Origin: Diplonema japonicum
Lineage: Eukaryota > Protista > Euglenozoa: Diplonemea
Reading direction: 5' to 3'
Length of the DNA: 64,000 nt
Assembly: GCA_964019335.1 (NCBI GenBank)
Contig: OZ025720.1
Span: 62,001-126,000 of the forward strand
Positions 1 through 10,690 of the stretch are shown here, one piece after another. The number at the start of each line of letters is the position of its first letter. The stretch's first letter is position 1. The translations under genes and the position numbers were made by a program. Below the pieces are notes generated by a model. It made no database searches. It worked only from the letters and a program-made list of their open reading frames with translations, and had not been told where the DNA came from.

Positions 1-26
1 AAATAATATATTCCATCGTCCACCCA

Positions 27-1442
27 TCACTCTGAGGAGCTATCATCGTTCTCCAACATTTTCTGTTCGGCACAACCCAGCGTAGGCCTTACATTGAGGT
101 CCCGCTTTGCCAAGGTACGACGCTCTTTGGCGTCAATGATGACCACGTGCATCCTCCTGCCCCGTTCCTGTTTTTTTTTTTTTTTTTTTTTTTTTTTTTC
201 CCCTTCAAATACCTTGTGCATTCTCGTGTACAATTTTGCGAACAAAGCCCGCCTTGCCATCTCCCAAGTATTGTCGATGAAGAAGTAAATTGTTTGGTCC
301 GCCCCGTCCTCGCCCTCTTCAATCATGACATGCTTCAGGTTCAAGGGCTCGGCGAACCTCTCAGCAAGCTTCAAATGCAGCCTCTCTGCACGCATCAACG
401 CATCAACATCCTGCACCTCCCGTTGCATATTCACATCCTTCCACGACCAATGCCCTTTATGATTCTTCTCAAGCCACGCTGCGACTGCCTTACGCGTCTT
501 GGGAATGGGGTTGGTGTTCACAGCAGGGGACACAATATGTTCGGAAAGCACGTTGATGGGTTCCGCGGCGGATAAAACATTTTCATCGACAAGCTGCGCG
601 GCGTATTTTTTGTTCGCTTCGAACGCCGACATAAGCATCACCTTGGATATACCAACATAGGCTTCTTCTGTGGTAGCTGATTGAAGTGTTTTTGCGTAGA
701 GTTTTATGCCGTCTTCGTAATTGGCTGTCCGGCAAAGTTGTATAGTTGTGAAGGGAACAGCGTGCGCGAGAAGCTCCTTCAAATCGTATTTAATGAGCTG
801 CCGACCGGTTTGGTGAACACTGTCACTTGAGCATTTCATGAGCTCGTTGACTGCTGGGATCATTTCTTCCTCCTCGCCGCGCATATGTTCTTCGTACTGG
901 TGGACCATGGTGTGGAGTTGCTTGAGGGTCGTTTCGTCGACTCCGAAGGACTTTAGCTTCTGTACTAGTAGCTGTCGTTTGTTAACTGCTTCTAAGTGAG
1001 AGTCGTCGTGGGTTGTGATCGCCTTCACGTTCTTCTTAAGGTACGGGAAGAATACGTCATCTTCATGTTTCGTGTGTAGGTCGATGAGCCGCGAGGTTTG
1101 TTCAAACAGTTTAACACCCTCTACAACTGTTCGTGTGTGGGCGAGAAGTTCCAATGCCTTGCTCATTCCCGCCTTGATGGCGCGGTGTGTTAGGATCATG
1201 AAGTCCACCGGTGCCATGTGCAGGCCAGCAGTCGATGTTACTAGCGGTTGCGGGTTCTCGCCGAGGTATGCTTCCTTCGTGACGGCCCAGTTCCGTATCT
1301 CCTTCAAGGCTTCCAATGGGTTGTCGCCCACCTGCATCGTGTTCAGATGCTGCCTCAGCTGGTCTAGTAGTACATCCGTCACGCTCTTGTCATCCTTCTC
1401 GCGTGTCTGCGAAGCAGATTTGCTTCGTTTTTTCATCTGCAT
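27..1442 (-). CDS. Hemerythrin/HHE cation-binding domain protein; probable in-frame intron 168-212
   Basis: Metal-ligand spacing HRAIK...HTKHEDDVFFP...H...HMRGEEEEMIP. The poly-K stretch is a 45-nt GTATTTG...A(n)CAG intron. Confidence 0.75.
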   Translation of the reverse strand: MQMKKRSKSASQTREKDDKSVTDVLLDQLRQHLNTMQVGDNPLEALKEIRNWAVTKEAYLGENPQPLVTSTAGLHMAPVDFMILTHRAIKAGMSKALELLAHTRTVVEGVKLFEQTSRLIDLHTKHEDDVFFPYLKKNVKAITTHDDSHLEAVNKRQLLVQKLKSFGVDETTLKQLHTMVHQYEEHMRGEEEEMIPAVNELMKCSSDSVHQTGRQLIKYDLKELLAHAVPFTTIQLCRTANYEDGIKLYAKTLQSATTEEAYVGISKVMLMSAFEANKKYAAQLVDENVLSAAEPINVLSEHIVSPAVNTNPIPKTRKAVAAWLEKNHKGHWSWKDVNMQREVQDVDALMRAERLHLKLAERFAEPLNLKHVMIEEGEDGADQTIYFFIDNTWEMARRALFAKLYTRMHKVFEGEKKKKKKKKKQERGRRMHVVIIDAKERRTLAKRDLNVRPTLGCAEQKMLENDDSSSE

Positions 1443-2750
1443 TCTTTTTTTTTTCTTCCTTTTTTCTTTTTATGGTGGGCAAAGCGACCACTCCCCCCTT
1501 GTGATGGATGGTGATACACAGGCGAACGAGAATAATAATAACAGTAAATAACGGGGGGAATACCCGAGATGAAAACTGTCATAAGACACCACGCCATACA
1601 GCGAATGAAGTATGAATGTTGAAAGAAGGGGGAAGGGGGAGAGGAGGGGAGGCAAGGGGAGGGTAATGCACAGTGACAAGGTTGTACAAATAATCAGAAG
1701 GGGGGAAGAAGAAGAAGAAAAAAAAAACGATCTTCCCACGACCACTAACATATTCGCTTTCTCTAGCCCATTACAAAATTCGCACTGAATTTAAATAATG
1801 ATAGGATATAAGTGCTATGGAAGGAAAAAAAAATAAAAATAAAAACAGAGGAATGCATTGGGACCAGTTAGTTAGTGACAATCAGCAGGGAAGGGGGAGG
1901 GAGGGAGGGCCTCAAACTCAACATAATCTTCCTTGAAAGCAGTAGGGAAAAAAAAAAACTTAAAAAGTAACGTTGCGTATCACGGACTCATAGATTCTTT
2001 GAAAACCTTCAGTCTGTCTTCAAAAGTTCCCCTGTGTAGCCTTAGAAGCATGCAAGCATTTACTGGCATAATATTCGGTATTTGTCAAGAAAAACGACTC
2101 AACAAAACAACAGATTAGGTGCTGCCATAATATACCGAATACCTGGCCATATATAGAGTTAAGAGAGGTCTGAAATATATAAAAATAATATCAGGTTTGT
2201 TTAAAGTGGGATATTCACAACGAATAATGAACCCACGTCACTCGAGTGAAAATTTACTTCTCTTTTTCTTCTCTTTTCTTTTCTTTTCTTTTCTTTCTTT
2301 TTGTTCAAAAAGTTGGAACCTGCACTATGTGACAAGATCGCCTAACGACTATCAACTCATCTTGAGTTCGATCCTTCTGTCGTGGTGTTGCCTTCGGCCC
2401 GACGTAGTGCCTCCACTTGGGCATGAAACCAACTATAAAGAAAAAACTCTTAAAAAAAAAAAAGAAACTCTTTATGGCAGGTGTCATTGCACAAAAGTGT
2501 GCATAACTAACATTTCTTTCTCTTTTGAATAGATTTGTGAAAGACTTTGAATATTTGTAACAAAAAAAAAAATAAAAAAATAAAAAAAGCGATGTCACAT
2601 GCAAACTCCGCGTGCGAGACGCAGGCCCCTAGAAGAAGGAGAGAGGTATGATCTGTACTAGGCATCTCTCAGTTTCGGACACGACTCCAGGTGCTGTCCT
2701 CTTCAGGCGAGAGTGCTGTTCCCAACCACAAAAAAAAATAAAAAGGAAAA

Positions 2751-3500
2751 CTAGAAGGACAGTTCCCACAACGAAGCAGCAAGTTCAGTGTTGCCCACTG
2801 GAGGCGATAGCACTGGAGGCGATAGTGTTGACACAGTATACTTCCCGTCATAAGGAACAAAGGTGTGAGCAAGGGGGTAGGTGTTCTTTGTCTTGTCTTT
2901 GAACTTCTTTTTGAACTCCTTCTCGGCAACCTCCGTGTTCTTCGCTTTCGGCATCCTGCTCTGCCCGAGCTCCCCAACCCTGCCCCATCGCGTCCACACA
3001 CAGTACGCGTATTTTGCACTGCTAGAGTTGTTCCGAAGCATTTGAAGAATGTAAAACCGGTTGACATTACTCTCCTTATTATTATGGTGAAGCACAAGGT
3101 CCCATCCTTTCACAATTACATTACATCGTAGGACTCTCTACCTGGGACTTCAACATCTACATGTGGATGCTTGGAGGGTTCTACTTGCTTTACTTCTAAT
3201 TCAGCATGATGCCATATGACCCGCCCTAGCTCTTCTGTTTGCTTCCATTTCGTCCCCTGTTCCTGCTTGGGTTCTTCAAAGATGGTCTCCTCTGTTTCGC
3301 TGCAGTGCCAAGCCTTCTGCCAGTGTAGCTTCGACTTCTCCTCCTCTCTGTGTACCCACTCCCGCAGCCATGGGAACGGGTTCAAATGTTCCTCCTTCGC
3401 AAAGTCTGCCACTAACTTTACCACCTCCCCCTGCCTTCCTGTAGACAGGGGGCACCTCGCGCTTCGGGCCAAGCTTGACTCGCTTCTTCGTCCGGGGCAT
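2751..3500 (-). pseudogene. Frameshifted WGR-domain gene, paralogue of the WGR region at 10691-12569
   Basis: RFYILQML...YCVWTRWGRVGE...FKKKFKDKT in one frame; the upstream HVDVEVPGRESYDV is in another. Removing the TTACA tandem duplication at ~3116-3125 restores the frame. Confidence 0.65.
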
Positions 3501-4029
3501 GCTCCTCGGGTCCCTGGTGTGGATGGTTAGAAGAGGACATGATAATAATAATAGTTTAAACAAAAAACGAGAGCGACCCGACATTCTTTTTTTCTTTCCA
3601 TCGTATTCTTTTCGGGTCGTCTCTTAACGTCAAGGTGGCGTCAGACAGTGCTCAGGAAGTGTACCATAAAGGACATGGGATTGTAGTCAAAACGAGTGCG
3701 CAGCGGCCACCTCTTAGACATGCGTGCGGTGCGGTCCCCAGGTGACGTTTCCCCGGCCGCTTGGTAGATGACAGCGGGCCAAGGTTTGCCTATTGTCTCT
3801 CCAAGTACGTCACCCTAGCACAGACTTTCCTGTAATGACTCGCTTAAGGAGAGGTGTCGTCAGGCACCTAGACCGACCAAAGTCTTTGCTGCCCCTTGGG
3901 CCAAAAAAAGGGGGGGGGGGGGGACGACTACGTGGTGTTTTCTTTCGCGAAAAAAGGTTTTTTTTTGACGGAGCTGTTTTCCTCAAAAAAAAAAAGAAAG
4001 AAAGTGCGCGATAAATCATTTTTTATGTC

Positions 4030-5232
4030 TCAGTAGGCAGAGGTGTAGAGCTCAGTCGCAAGCTGTGTGGTTTGCATCATACAAGGGGGGCATACCTCAA
4101 GGGTCATCTCTCTCGGGTTGTTGATGAGCAAGCGCTGCTGCTTCATGCTCTCCGATGCAAGGAGGGGGATGTCTGTGTCAGCTATGCCCACCTCGCGGAG
4201 GGTGGTCTTCATGCCGATGTTCTTAGCCAACTGTGCGAGGCCGTCTGCCAGCATGGCAGCCGTCTCTTCATCGCTGTCCGCAAAGGACGATCCGGGGAGG
4301 CAGTACGGCGCCAGCTCGGCATATTGCTTCGAACACTCCGCCACCGTCATGTTCGCCCTCATCACATGGGGGAGCATCAATGCGTTTGACAAGCCATGCG
4401 GGACATGGAAGTGGGACCCGATGGGGTATGCAAGCGCATGCACCGCAGCAACGGGTGAGTTGGCAAATGCGATGCCCGCAAAGCACGACCCAAGCAGCAT
4501 GTCCGACCTTGCCTGCCTGTTCGCAGGGTCCTCACACACTGTCACAATGTTGTTCCCAAGCAGCTTCAGGGCAGACACAGCCATCGCGTCTGCGAGAACG
4601 TTTTTTCTTATCTTCGACGTGTATGCTTCGATGGCGTGCACCATGGCGTCGATCCCTGTCGCAGACGTCACATGCTTCGGGACCGACACTGTAAGGTCAC
4701 CATCGAGGACCGCCCAGTCGGGCAGCAGCAGCGGGTCGACAACACCTTTCTTTTCGCACCCCTCCGTTGTGATGATGGTAATGGGTGTCACCTCAGACCC
4801 TGTCCCAGACGTTGTGGGCACCTGGATCAGCGGAAGCCTCTGCACCCCGGCCTTGATGTTCCCCACACCGTACATGGCCTCCAGCGATTGGTCGCTCTTC
4901 GACAGCACTGCTGCGATCTTCGCCGTGTCCATGCTGCTGCCTCCGCCGAACCCGATCACTACGTCTGCCTTGAAGTCTTGTGCCACCTTCGTGCACTCAA
5001 ACACAACGGACGTCGATGGGTCTTCTTGCACACCATCATAGATGTGCACATCTACGCCATTTGCCTCCATTGCTGCTACAGACGCATCCAGCAGCCCGAG
5101 CTTTCTAATGGGCTTGTCCGTCACAACCAACGCACGCCTTCCGCTGCTGCGCACCAAGCCAGGGAGCTTTGTGGTGCTGCTCCCGAGCTCCACCAGCAGG
5201 TTACGCGTGGTTTGGAAAAGAAACTGCGACAT
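4030..5232 (-). CDS. Iron-containing alcohol dehydrogenase; 33-nt intron 4063-4095
   Basis: GGGSSMDTAK, PTTSGTGSE, DAMVHAIE, HALAY, HGLSNA motifs. Start MSQFLF at 5232. Splicing gives the typical C-terminus REMTLELATELYTSAY. Confidence 0.92.
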   Translation of the reverse strand: MSQFLFQTTRNLLVELGSSTTKLPGLVRSSGRRALVVTDKPIRKLGLLDASVAAMEANGVDVHIYDGVQEDPSTSVVFECTKVAQDFKADVVIGFGGGSSMDTAKIAAVLSKSDQSLEAMYGVGNIKAGVQRLPLIQVPTTSGTGSEVTPITIITTEGCEKKGVVDPLLLPDWAVLDGDLTVSVPKHVTSATGIDAMVHAIEAYTSKIRKNVLADAMAVSALKLLGNNIVTVCEDPANRQARSDMLLGSCFAGIAFANSPVAAVHALAYPIGSHFHVPHGLSNALMLPHVMRANMTVAECSKQYAELAPYCLPGSSFADSDEETAAMLADGLAQLAKNIGMKTTLREVGIADTDIPLLASESMKQQRLLINNPREMTLEVCPPCMMQTTQLATELYTSAY

Positions 5233-5386
5233 TTGTTTTCCTCTGAGACATGATGCGACAAGCCGTTCTGTCGAGTTAGAAAAAACAAAAAAAAAATCAA
5301 ACACTAAGGTGATAAAACACGAAAGGGCTAGGTTGAAAATGATATATTCAGCAGAATACACAAAAGTAGGGCAAAAACTCTTCTTT

Positions 5387-5965
5387 CTACTGTTTGGGAC
5401 CTTCCTCAGAGGGCTTTTTTTTGAGCTCGCCGGTCTCCATATCCACGGTGCCTCCTTTGAGGAAGCTTTTGTACTCGTTCTGTGAGACGGATACTCTCTC
5501 GAGGTCGTTGCCCTCTGCGGCCATCTGCTTCTCGATGTTGTTGTTTTCATCGAAGAACCAGCCGAGGTTGTCGGCAATCACATGCTTGTTCTTGCAGCCG
5601 GGGCACTCGATAAGAACGACGCCCTTCGTGTAGGCCAGCTTCGAGAACTGCTTCGTTGCTTGCGTTTCGCACACACGGCACTCGAACACCAGCGCCATGT
5701 CAGCCCGCTCACTCCCGACCCCTTTCCCGCCCAGCCACTGGTCCTCCTCCCCGACCTCCAGGTGTACCATGTCCTTTTCCTCATTCGTCATGTTCTGAAA
5801 CTCCTTCCCTAGCTTGTCCACCGACGACTTCCCGGCATCATTCTGACACCACCTTTTCTGCGCCCCAAAGGCAGTGACTTCCCTCACCACGCTCAGAGGG
5901 CGCCCCGCCTGCACCCACCCCATGCACCCCCTTCTCGCCACCGACGCAATCTGCCTCGTGAACAT
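5387..5965 (-). CDS. DNL-type zinc finger, mitochondrial Hsp70 escort protein (Zim17/Hep1-like)
   Basis: FECRVC...FSKLAYTKGVVLIECPGCKNKHVIADNLGWF; Arg-rich N-terminal presequence. Confidence 0.92.
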   Translation of the reverse strand: MFTRQIASVARRGCMGWVQAGRPLSVVREVTAFGAQKRWCQNDAGKSSVDKLGKEFQNMTNEEKDMVHLEVGEEDQWLGGKGVGSERADMALVFECRVCETQATKQFSKLAYTKGVVLIECPGCKNKHVIADNLGWFFDENNNIEKQMAAEGNDLERVSVSQNEYKSFLKGGTVDMETGELKKKPSEEGPKQ

Positions 5966-6038
5966 TGTGATATTTATTTATACTTAACAGGTTGCATGGG
6001 AAAGGAGAAAGTGCAATACTAAAAGTGTTAAAAAGAAA

Positions 6039-6974
6039 TCACCATTTAAGTACTTTCCCAAGGTGGTACAGTGTGCCGGTCTTGTTCATCGTGTACAGCG
6101 TGTTGCAGATGTGCTCCGCTGCTGTGTCTGGGGTGAGCTTTCCACGTGTGTTCATCTGATATAGCGTGTCATGTGGATGTTTGCATACCGTAGTGAGGAC
6201 GCTTCCAGGGTGCACGCCAGAGATAACGAAGTCAGAATGGGCCTGCGCGTGGATGCGTACAAGGGCTGACTGGAGGTTCTTTGTGAAGGCATAAGGTAGG
6301 ACCTTCTTGACAGCGGCATCCTTGAGGTCCAGATAGCTGGCAGCGATCTCGTCTAGATCCGAGACGGAGCGTGCCTCATAGAGGCGCTTTGCAATAGACT
6401 TCGATTTCACATGCTTGAGCTGCCCATAGTTCGAGATGACGACAAGAAGATGGGTCGATGGAGGCAGTACAGGAAGGAGGGCAGACATGACTGCTGACGG
6501 CGCCTTGTAGTTTACCGTCACAAAGTCAACAACGTCCTGCTGACTCCAGGGAGAGTTGCTGTTCATTGCAGCATTCAGCACAAGGTGCCTCGGCTGTTTT
6601 GCCGACACTGCGTGCTTCAAAGCCGCCACCGCCTCCTCGGACATGCTCAGGTAGTCCAGCACATACGGTTCTATCACACAACCATTCGCCTCTCTTCGCA
6701 CGGTGTCCCCCTTCTTCTCGTCTCTCACAGTTACCAACACGCTGTAGCCATCTGCGCACAGTTTTTTTACGACAGCAAGACCGATCCCTTTGTTCCCTCC
6801 AGTTACCACAGCCCACTTTTCCGGCGCCACCTTCGGCTTTTCTAGTGGCCGTTTCGTTTCCTCCTCGTGCTTCTCTACTTTCTCATGTACCTCCTCTACA
6901 TCATGGCCCACGGTCGCCAGCATCACCACGACCGTGACAGCCATCATCGCCAGAACAACCTGCTTCAGGCTCAT
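6039..6974 (-). CDS. Short-chain dehydrogenase/reductase (carbonyl reductase-like) with N-terminal membrane anchor; 33-nt intron 6156-6188
   Basis: VVTGGNKGIG, LNAA, YAFTK, HPG motifs; hydrophobic N-terminus. Confidence 0.85.
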   Translation of the reverse strand: MSLKQVVLAMMAVTVVVMLATVGHDVEEVHEKVEKHEEETKRPLEKPKVAPEKWAVVTGGNKGIGLAVVKKLCADGYSVLVTVRDEKKGDTVRREANGCVIEPYVLDYLSMSEEAVAALKHAVSAKQPRHLVLNAAMNSNSPWSQQDVVDFVTVNYKAPSAVMSALLPVLPPSTHLLVVISNYGQLKHVKSKSIAKRLYEARSVSDLDEIAASYLDLKDAAVKKVLPYAFTKNLQSALVRIHAQAHSDFVISGVHPGSVLTTVCKHPHDTLYQMNTRGKLTPDTAAEHICNTLYTMNKTGTLYHLGKVLKW

Positions 6975-7037
6975 TGTATTTGCATAGTTCCTGTGGTGAG
7001 TCACATGCTGCAAGTCGATATTAATGTTGCAACACAT

Positions 7038-8180
7038 TTATAGGTCTCGCACTGTGTCGCTCATCACGTCGTAGAGAGCGGGGTCCGTGCACAGGGCCAC
7101 GTCAAGGGGTGTGAGGTTGTGGGTGTTGGCACTGAGCGAAGCACCTGCCTGGATAAGGGCGACGCACGCATCTTCTGAGTTGCTGGCGGCTGCAGTGTGC
7201 AGGGGTGTCTCGAGGGTGTCGAAGGTTCGGCTGTTAGGGTCTGCACCCCATTTGAGGAGGATAGCAATGGTGTGGGTGCAGTTGGTGACAGCGGCAAAGT
7301 GGAGTGGCGTGTACCCTGAAGGCTGCGAGGGCTGATCGGGGTCAGCACGTGGGAGCAACGCCTGCAAACAGTTTACGCGCGATAGTGAGCACGCGAAATG
7401 CACAGGGCTTAGTCCTTCGTCATTCAAGACGCTGACTCTTGCACCGCCGGAAACCAACAGCCTGCACAGCGACGCATCGTCTGCTTGAACACTTTTGTGC
7501 AGCACTGTTTCGCCCTCAACATCCCTCGTGTCCAGGTCGCACCTAAGTCCCACCAGCTCTTTCACGCAGGAGTATCTTCCTGCCTCAGCAGCCTGCATCA
7601 CAGTCGTCATCCCCGTCAAGTCCACTGCCTCGATGTTTCCTCCCAGTTCATGCAGCATTCGCAGCAAGTCGACCTCCCCGCACTGGCAGGCAGCGTGCAT
7701 AGGTGTCCACCCTTCGGAATCCGTGGCACACGGGTCCACACCGTGCTCGAGCAGCATCTTGCAAAGTGTTGTAAAACCCTTCAAGCAGGACGTGATCAGG
7801 AGGTCGACAAGCAGTGGGTCATTGGGGGTGAGCTCCAGGTGCAGCCTGAGTGCATCCTCCATGGCGTCCGTCGCTGTTGGGAAGTCTTGGATAGCATGCA
7901 GGAGGCTGGTGATGTGTGGCAGCCCCAGCTCGGACAGGCGGGACTTCATCACCCATGTCTTGTCGAGACTCACCGAGACCACGCATCCATCGCACAGCAC
8001 GTCTGCCGCCCGTCTATCGCCTTCGACGGTCTCCCCCTCAACTTCCACCGCGAACCGTTCATCCTCAAAACCTAACTTCCTCCCTACCTTTGCCTTCATG
8101 TCGTTCACGGTATCAGTGTACCCCATCGACACCACGCACCCCACTCCGCTGGGCCCCACAACATGCACGTCAAGCGACAT
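7038..8180 (-). CDS. Ankyrin-repeat protein with N-terminal ubiquitin-like domain
   Basis: Repeated G-x-TPLH-x-AA motifs; N-terminal DTVNDMKAKV segment resembles a ubiquitin fold. Confidence 0.85.
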   Translation of the reverse strand: MSLDVHVVGPSGVGCVVSMGYTDTVNDMKAKVGRKLGFEDERFAVEVEGETVEGDRRAADVLCDGCVVSVSLDKTWVMKSRLSELGLPHITSLLHAIQDFPTATDAMEDALRLHLELTPNDPLLVDLLITSCLKGFTTLCKMLLEHGVDPCATDSEGWTPMHAACQCGEVDLLRMLHELGGNIEAVDLTGMTTVMQAAEAGRYSCVKELVGLRCDLDTRDVEGETVLHKSVQADDASLCRLLVSGGARVSVLNDEGLSPVHFACSLSRVNCLQALLPRADPDQPSQPSGYTPLHFAAVTNCTHTIAILLKWGADPNSRTFDTLETPLHTAAASNSEDACVALIQAGASLSANTHNLTPLDVALCTDPALYDVMSDTVRDL

Positions 8181-8367
8181 CCTGTGAGAAGGTCTGCACA
8201 TCACAAGTAACAAGACAATGACTCGGCACGAGTGTTAAGAGGAAGCTATTAGAAGTAGAAACTGTTAATTCGAGCACTAAAGAGCGCTCTTTCTTGAGAG
8301 AGAGAGAGAGAGGAAAAAAAAACAGGGAGGAAACAACGAAAATGGACTGACATTTAAGCTTAAACTA

Positions 8368-8928
8368 TCATTGCTCAATCTCAGCAATAGGTTGCTGTGG
8401 GTGTAGCTCTTCTCTTTCAGCAAGCCCTTGATCTAAATGCCCGCAGTTGGACTGCGAGTGTTCTTCACTTAGAGGGTATTTGCAGATCTCAAACGGCCTG
8501 TACATATCGTAAGGCTCGTGGCGATAGCAGATGCGGGGAGGGCTGCAGAAGGGCGCAGGGATCAGGGGAGGGATAGGTGGGAAGCAAGGAAAATAAGGTT
8601 CACAACACCAAAATGATCCATGGTCCTCACATTCCTGGACGGGAACAGGCTCTTCTTCGAAGTCTGCCTGATCCTGATCCTGCTCCCCTTCCACGGATGT
8701 GTGGGGACTCCTCACCTCAGGGGTCACTTCGTAAACATCTTGCTCTGAACGGGCGCCTGAAGAGCAAGCGCTACTCTCAAACTCTACTCTGTCGTCTAAG
8801 TGGATGAAGATGCAGCTCTCCCCAAAAGGACACGGCGAGTGCTGGCAAATTCTTTCCATGTGTAATCTAAACCTGCAGTATCTGGCTAGGTCGTCTATAA
8901 TAAAGAAGGTAAACATGCACAGTAGCAA
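8368..8928 (-). CDS. CCCH zinc-finger protein (5' end uncertain)
   Basis: ICQHSPCPFGESCIFIH motif; acidic middle; YRHEPY near the C-terminus. Confidence 0.5.
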   Translation of the reverse strand: MLLCMFTFFIIDDLARYCRFRLHMERICQHSPCPFGESCIFIHLDDRVEFESSACSSGARSEQDVYEVTPEVRSPHTSVEGEQDQDQADFEEEPVPVQECEDHGSFWCCEPYFPCFPPIPPLIPAPFCSPPRICYRHEPYDMYRPFEICKYPLSEEHSQSNCGHLDQGLAEREELHPQQPIAEIEQ

Positions 8929-9012
8929 TTAAGATAAACGATGGAGCAGTCACCTCTAAGATCTGCCCACATGCAACTACTGTGTAACAGGTCCCGATTG
9001 GACCACTTTGCA

Positions 9013-10248
9013 TCACGAAGGGTTATCGATGTGCATATCAGCATCATCGTACTTTCCCGACTTCGTCGTGAAGGGCTCACCATATTCATTGCCAGTCTTG
9101 TCGCAGTACTTCTTGCAGAAGGCCTTGACAGCGTCGTCCCTGGTTGTGGTAGGAGTGAGCATATTGCTACCTGACTCACCGACACGCCCCCAGCGTTTCC
9201 ATAGGAAATACTCCCCTTCAACATTCTGCAGTGCTTGGATGACGTAAAACTTGTTGTTATTGCACCCCAAGGTCACTTGGTTCAAAGTGCATGAGAAGCC
9301 CTCAAGAATCATGTAGTTGGTGTGGTTGGGGACCTCGTTGTCCACAACAGTAGAACGAGGCCTCTTGGCAATGGGAAGTTGGACACGAGCAACAGGTGCA
9401 GCTGGAACAGTGTTATCGATGTCTGTCAGCATTACGTACTTTCCCGCCTTTGCCGTGAAGGGCTCACCATATTCATTGCCAGTCTTGTCGCGGAACTTCT
9501 TGCAGAAGGCCTTGACAGCGTCATCCCTGTTTGTGGTAGGAGTGAGAGCAGTATAACCGGGCTCACCAACACGCCCCCAGTGTGTCCACAGGAAATACTT
9601 CCCCCCAACATCCTGAAGTGCTTGGATGACGTAGAACTTGTTGTTGTTGTTGCACCCCAAGGTCACTTGGTTCAAAGTGCATGAGTAGCCCTCAATAATG
9701 TAATTAGTGTAGTTGGGGATCTCTCCTTCTAAAGATGAAAAAGGTCTCTTGGCAGTGGGTAGCCCGACACGGGCAACAGGTGCAGTTGGAACAACAGGTT
9801 GCTCATTGTTATTGATGTAGTTGGTGTGGTTGGGGACCTCGTTGTCCACAACAGTAGAACGAGGCCTCTTGGCAATGGGAAGTTGGACACGAGCAACAGG
9901 TGCAGCTGGAACAGTGTTGTCGATGTCTGTCAGCATCACGTACTTTCCCGCCTTTGCCGTGAAGGGCTCACCATATTCATTGCCAGTCTTGTCGCGGAAC
10001 TTCTTGCAGAAGGCCTTGACAGTTCCGTCCCTGTTTGTGGTAGGAGAGAGAGCATTTTGACCGGACTCACCAACACGTCCCCAGTGTGTCCACAGGAAAT
10101 ACTTCCCTTCAACATCCTGAAGTGCTTGGATGACGTAGAACTTGTTGTTGTTGCACCCCAAGGTCACTTGGTTCAAAGTGCATGAGTAGTCCTCAAGAAC
10201 CTTGTACTTGTCGTGATTCGACACCAATTCATCTACTTTGTGACTCAT
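9013..10248 (-). CDS. Protein made of three tandem WGR domains, no catalytic domain
   Basis: Three copies of LNQV...NNNKFYVIQAL...WGRVGE...FCKKFRDKTGN; near-identical at the DNA level. Confidence 0.85.
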   Translation of the reverse strand: MSHKVDELVSNHDKYKVLEDYSCTLNQVTLGCNNNKFYVIQALQDVEGKYFLWTHWGRVGESGQNALSPTTNRDGTVKAFCKKFRDKTGNEYGEPFTAKAGKYVMLTDIDNTVPAAPVARVQLPIAKRPRSTVVDNEVPNHTNYINNNEQPVVPTAPVARVGLPTAKRPFSSLEGEIPNYTNYIIEGYSCTLNQVTLGCNNNNKFYVIQALQDVGGKYFLWTHWGRVGEPGYTALTPTTNRDDAVKAFCKKFRDKTGNEYGEPFTAKAGKYVMLTDIDNTVPAAPVARVQLPIAKRPRSTVVDNEVPNHTNYMILEGFSCTLNQVTLGCNNNKFYVIQALQNVEGEYFLWKRWGRVGESGSNMLTPTTTRDDAVKAFCKKYCDKTGNEYGEPFTTKSGKYDDADMHIDNPS

Positions 10249-10690
10249 ATTGGTCTGTTGGAGCGGTGTAAGAGGATTGAGACGGGAAAACCGAAGCTAG
10301 AAAATAATAACTTCAAAACAAAGGGGGGTGGTCCCTCAGACAAGATGTTTTAAAAAGAAAATGGGGGGGTAGAGGAAAGGTTACACAATACAAGCTGTGT
10401 AATGAGATAAAGAACTTCCACCACCTGCCCCCACTTCTTCTTCTTTTCTTTTTCTTTTTTTTGCCCCCCAACACCAACAATAACTTCTGCATTCTTCTAC
10501 CTTGCAGGTTCTTTTTAAGAAGAAAAAGAAAAAGGAAACTTCCAATAAAAACGATAATACAACGGCGACCCATCTTTTTTTTTAAGAAAAAAACCCCCCC
10601 AATTGGGGACACGTTCATTGGAAAAAAAGAAGAAGAAAAAAAGGAAAATCTAAAACGAAAGGGAGGAAAAAAAAATTGTCATTCGTTTGT

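Noticed and set aside
2488-2570. Similarity to 30770-30840
   Set aside because: AT-rich and gapped; cannot be distinguished from chance by eye.
3680-3835. RNase P-like GGAAAGTCTG motif on the minus strand
   Set aside because: No convincing P4 partner downstream.
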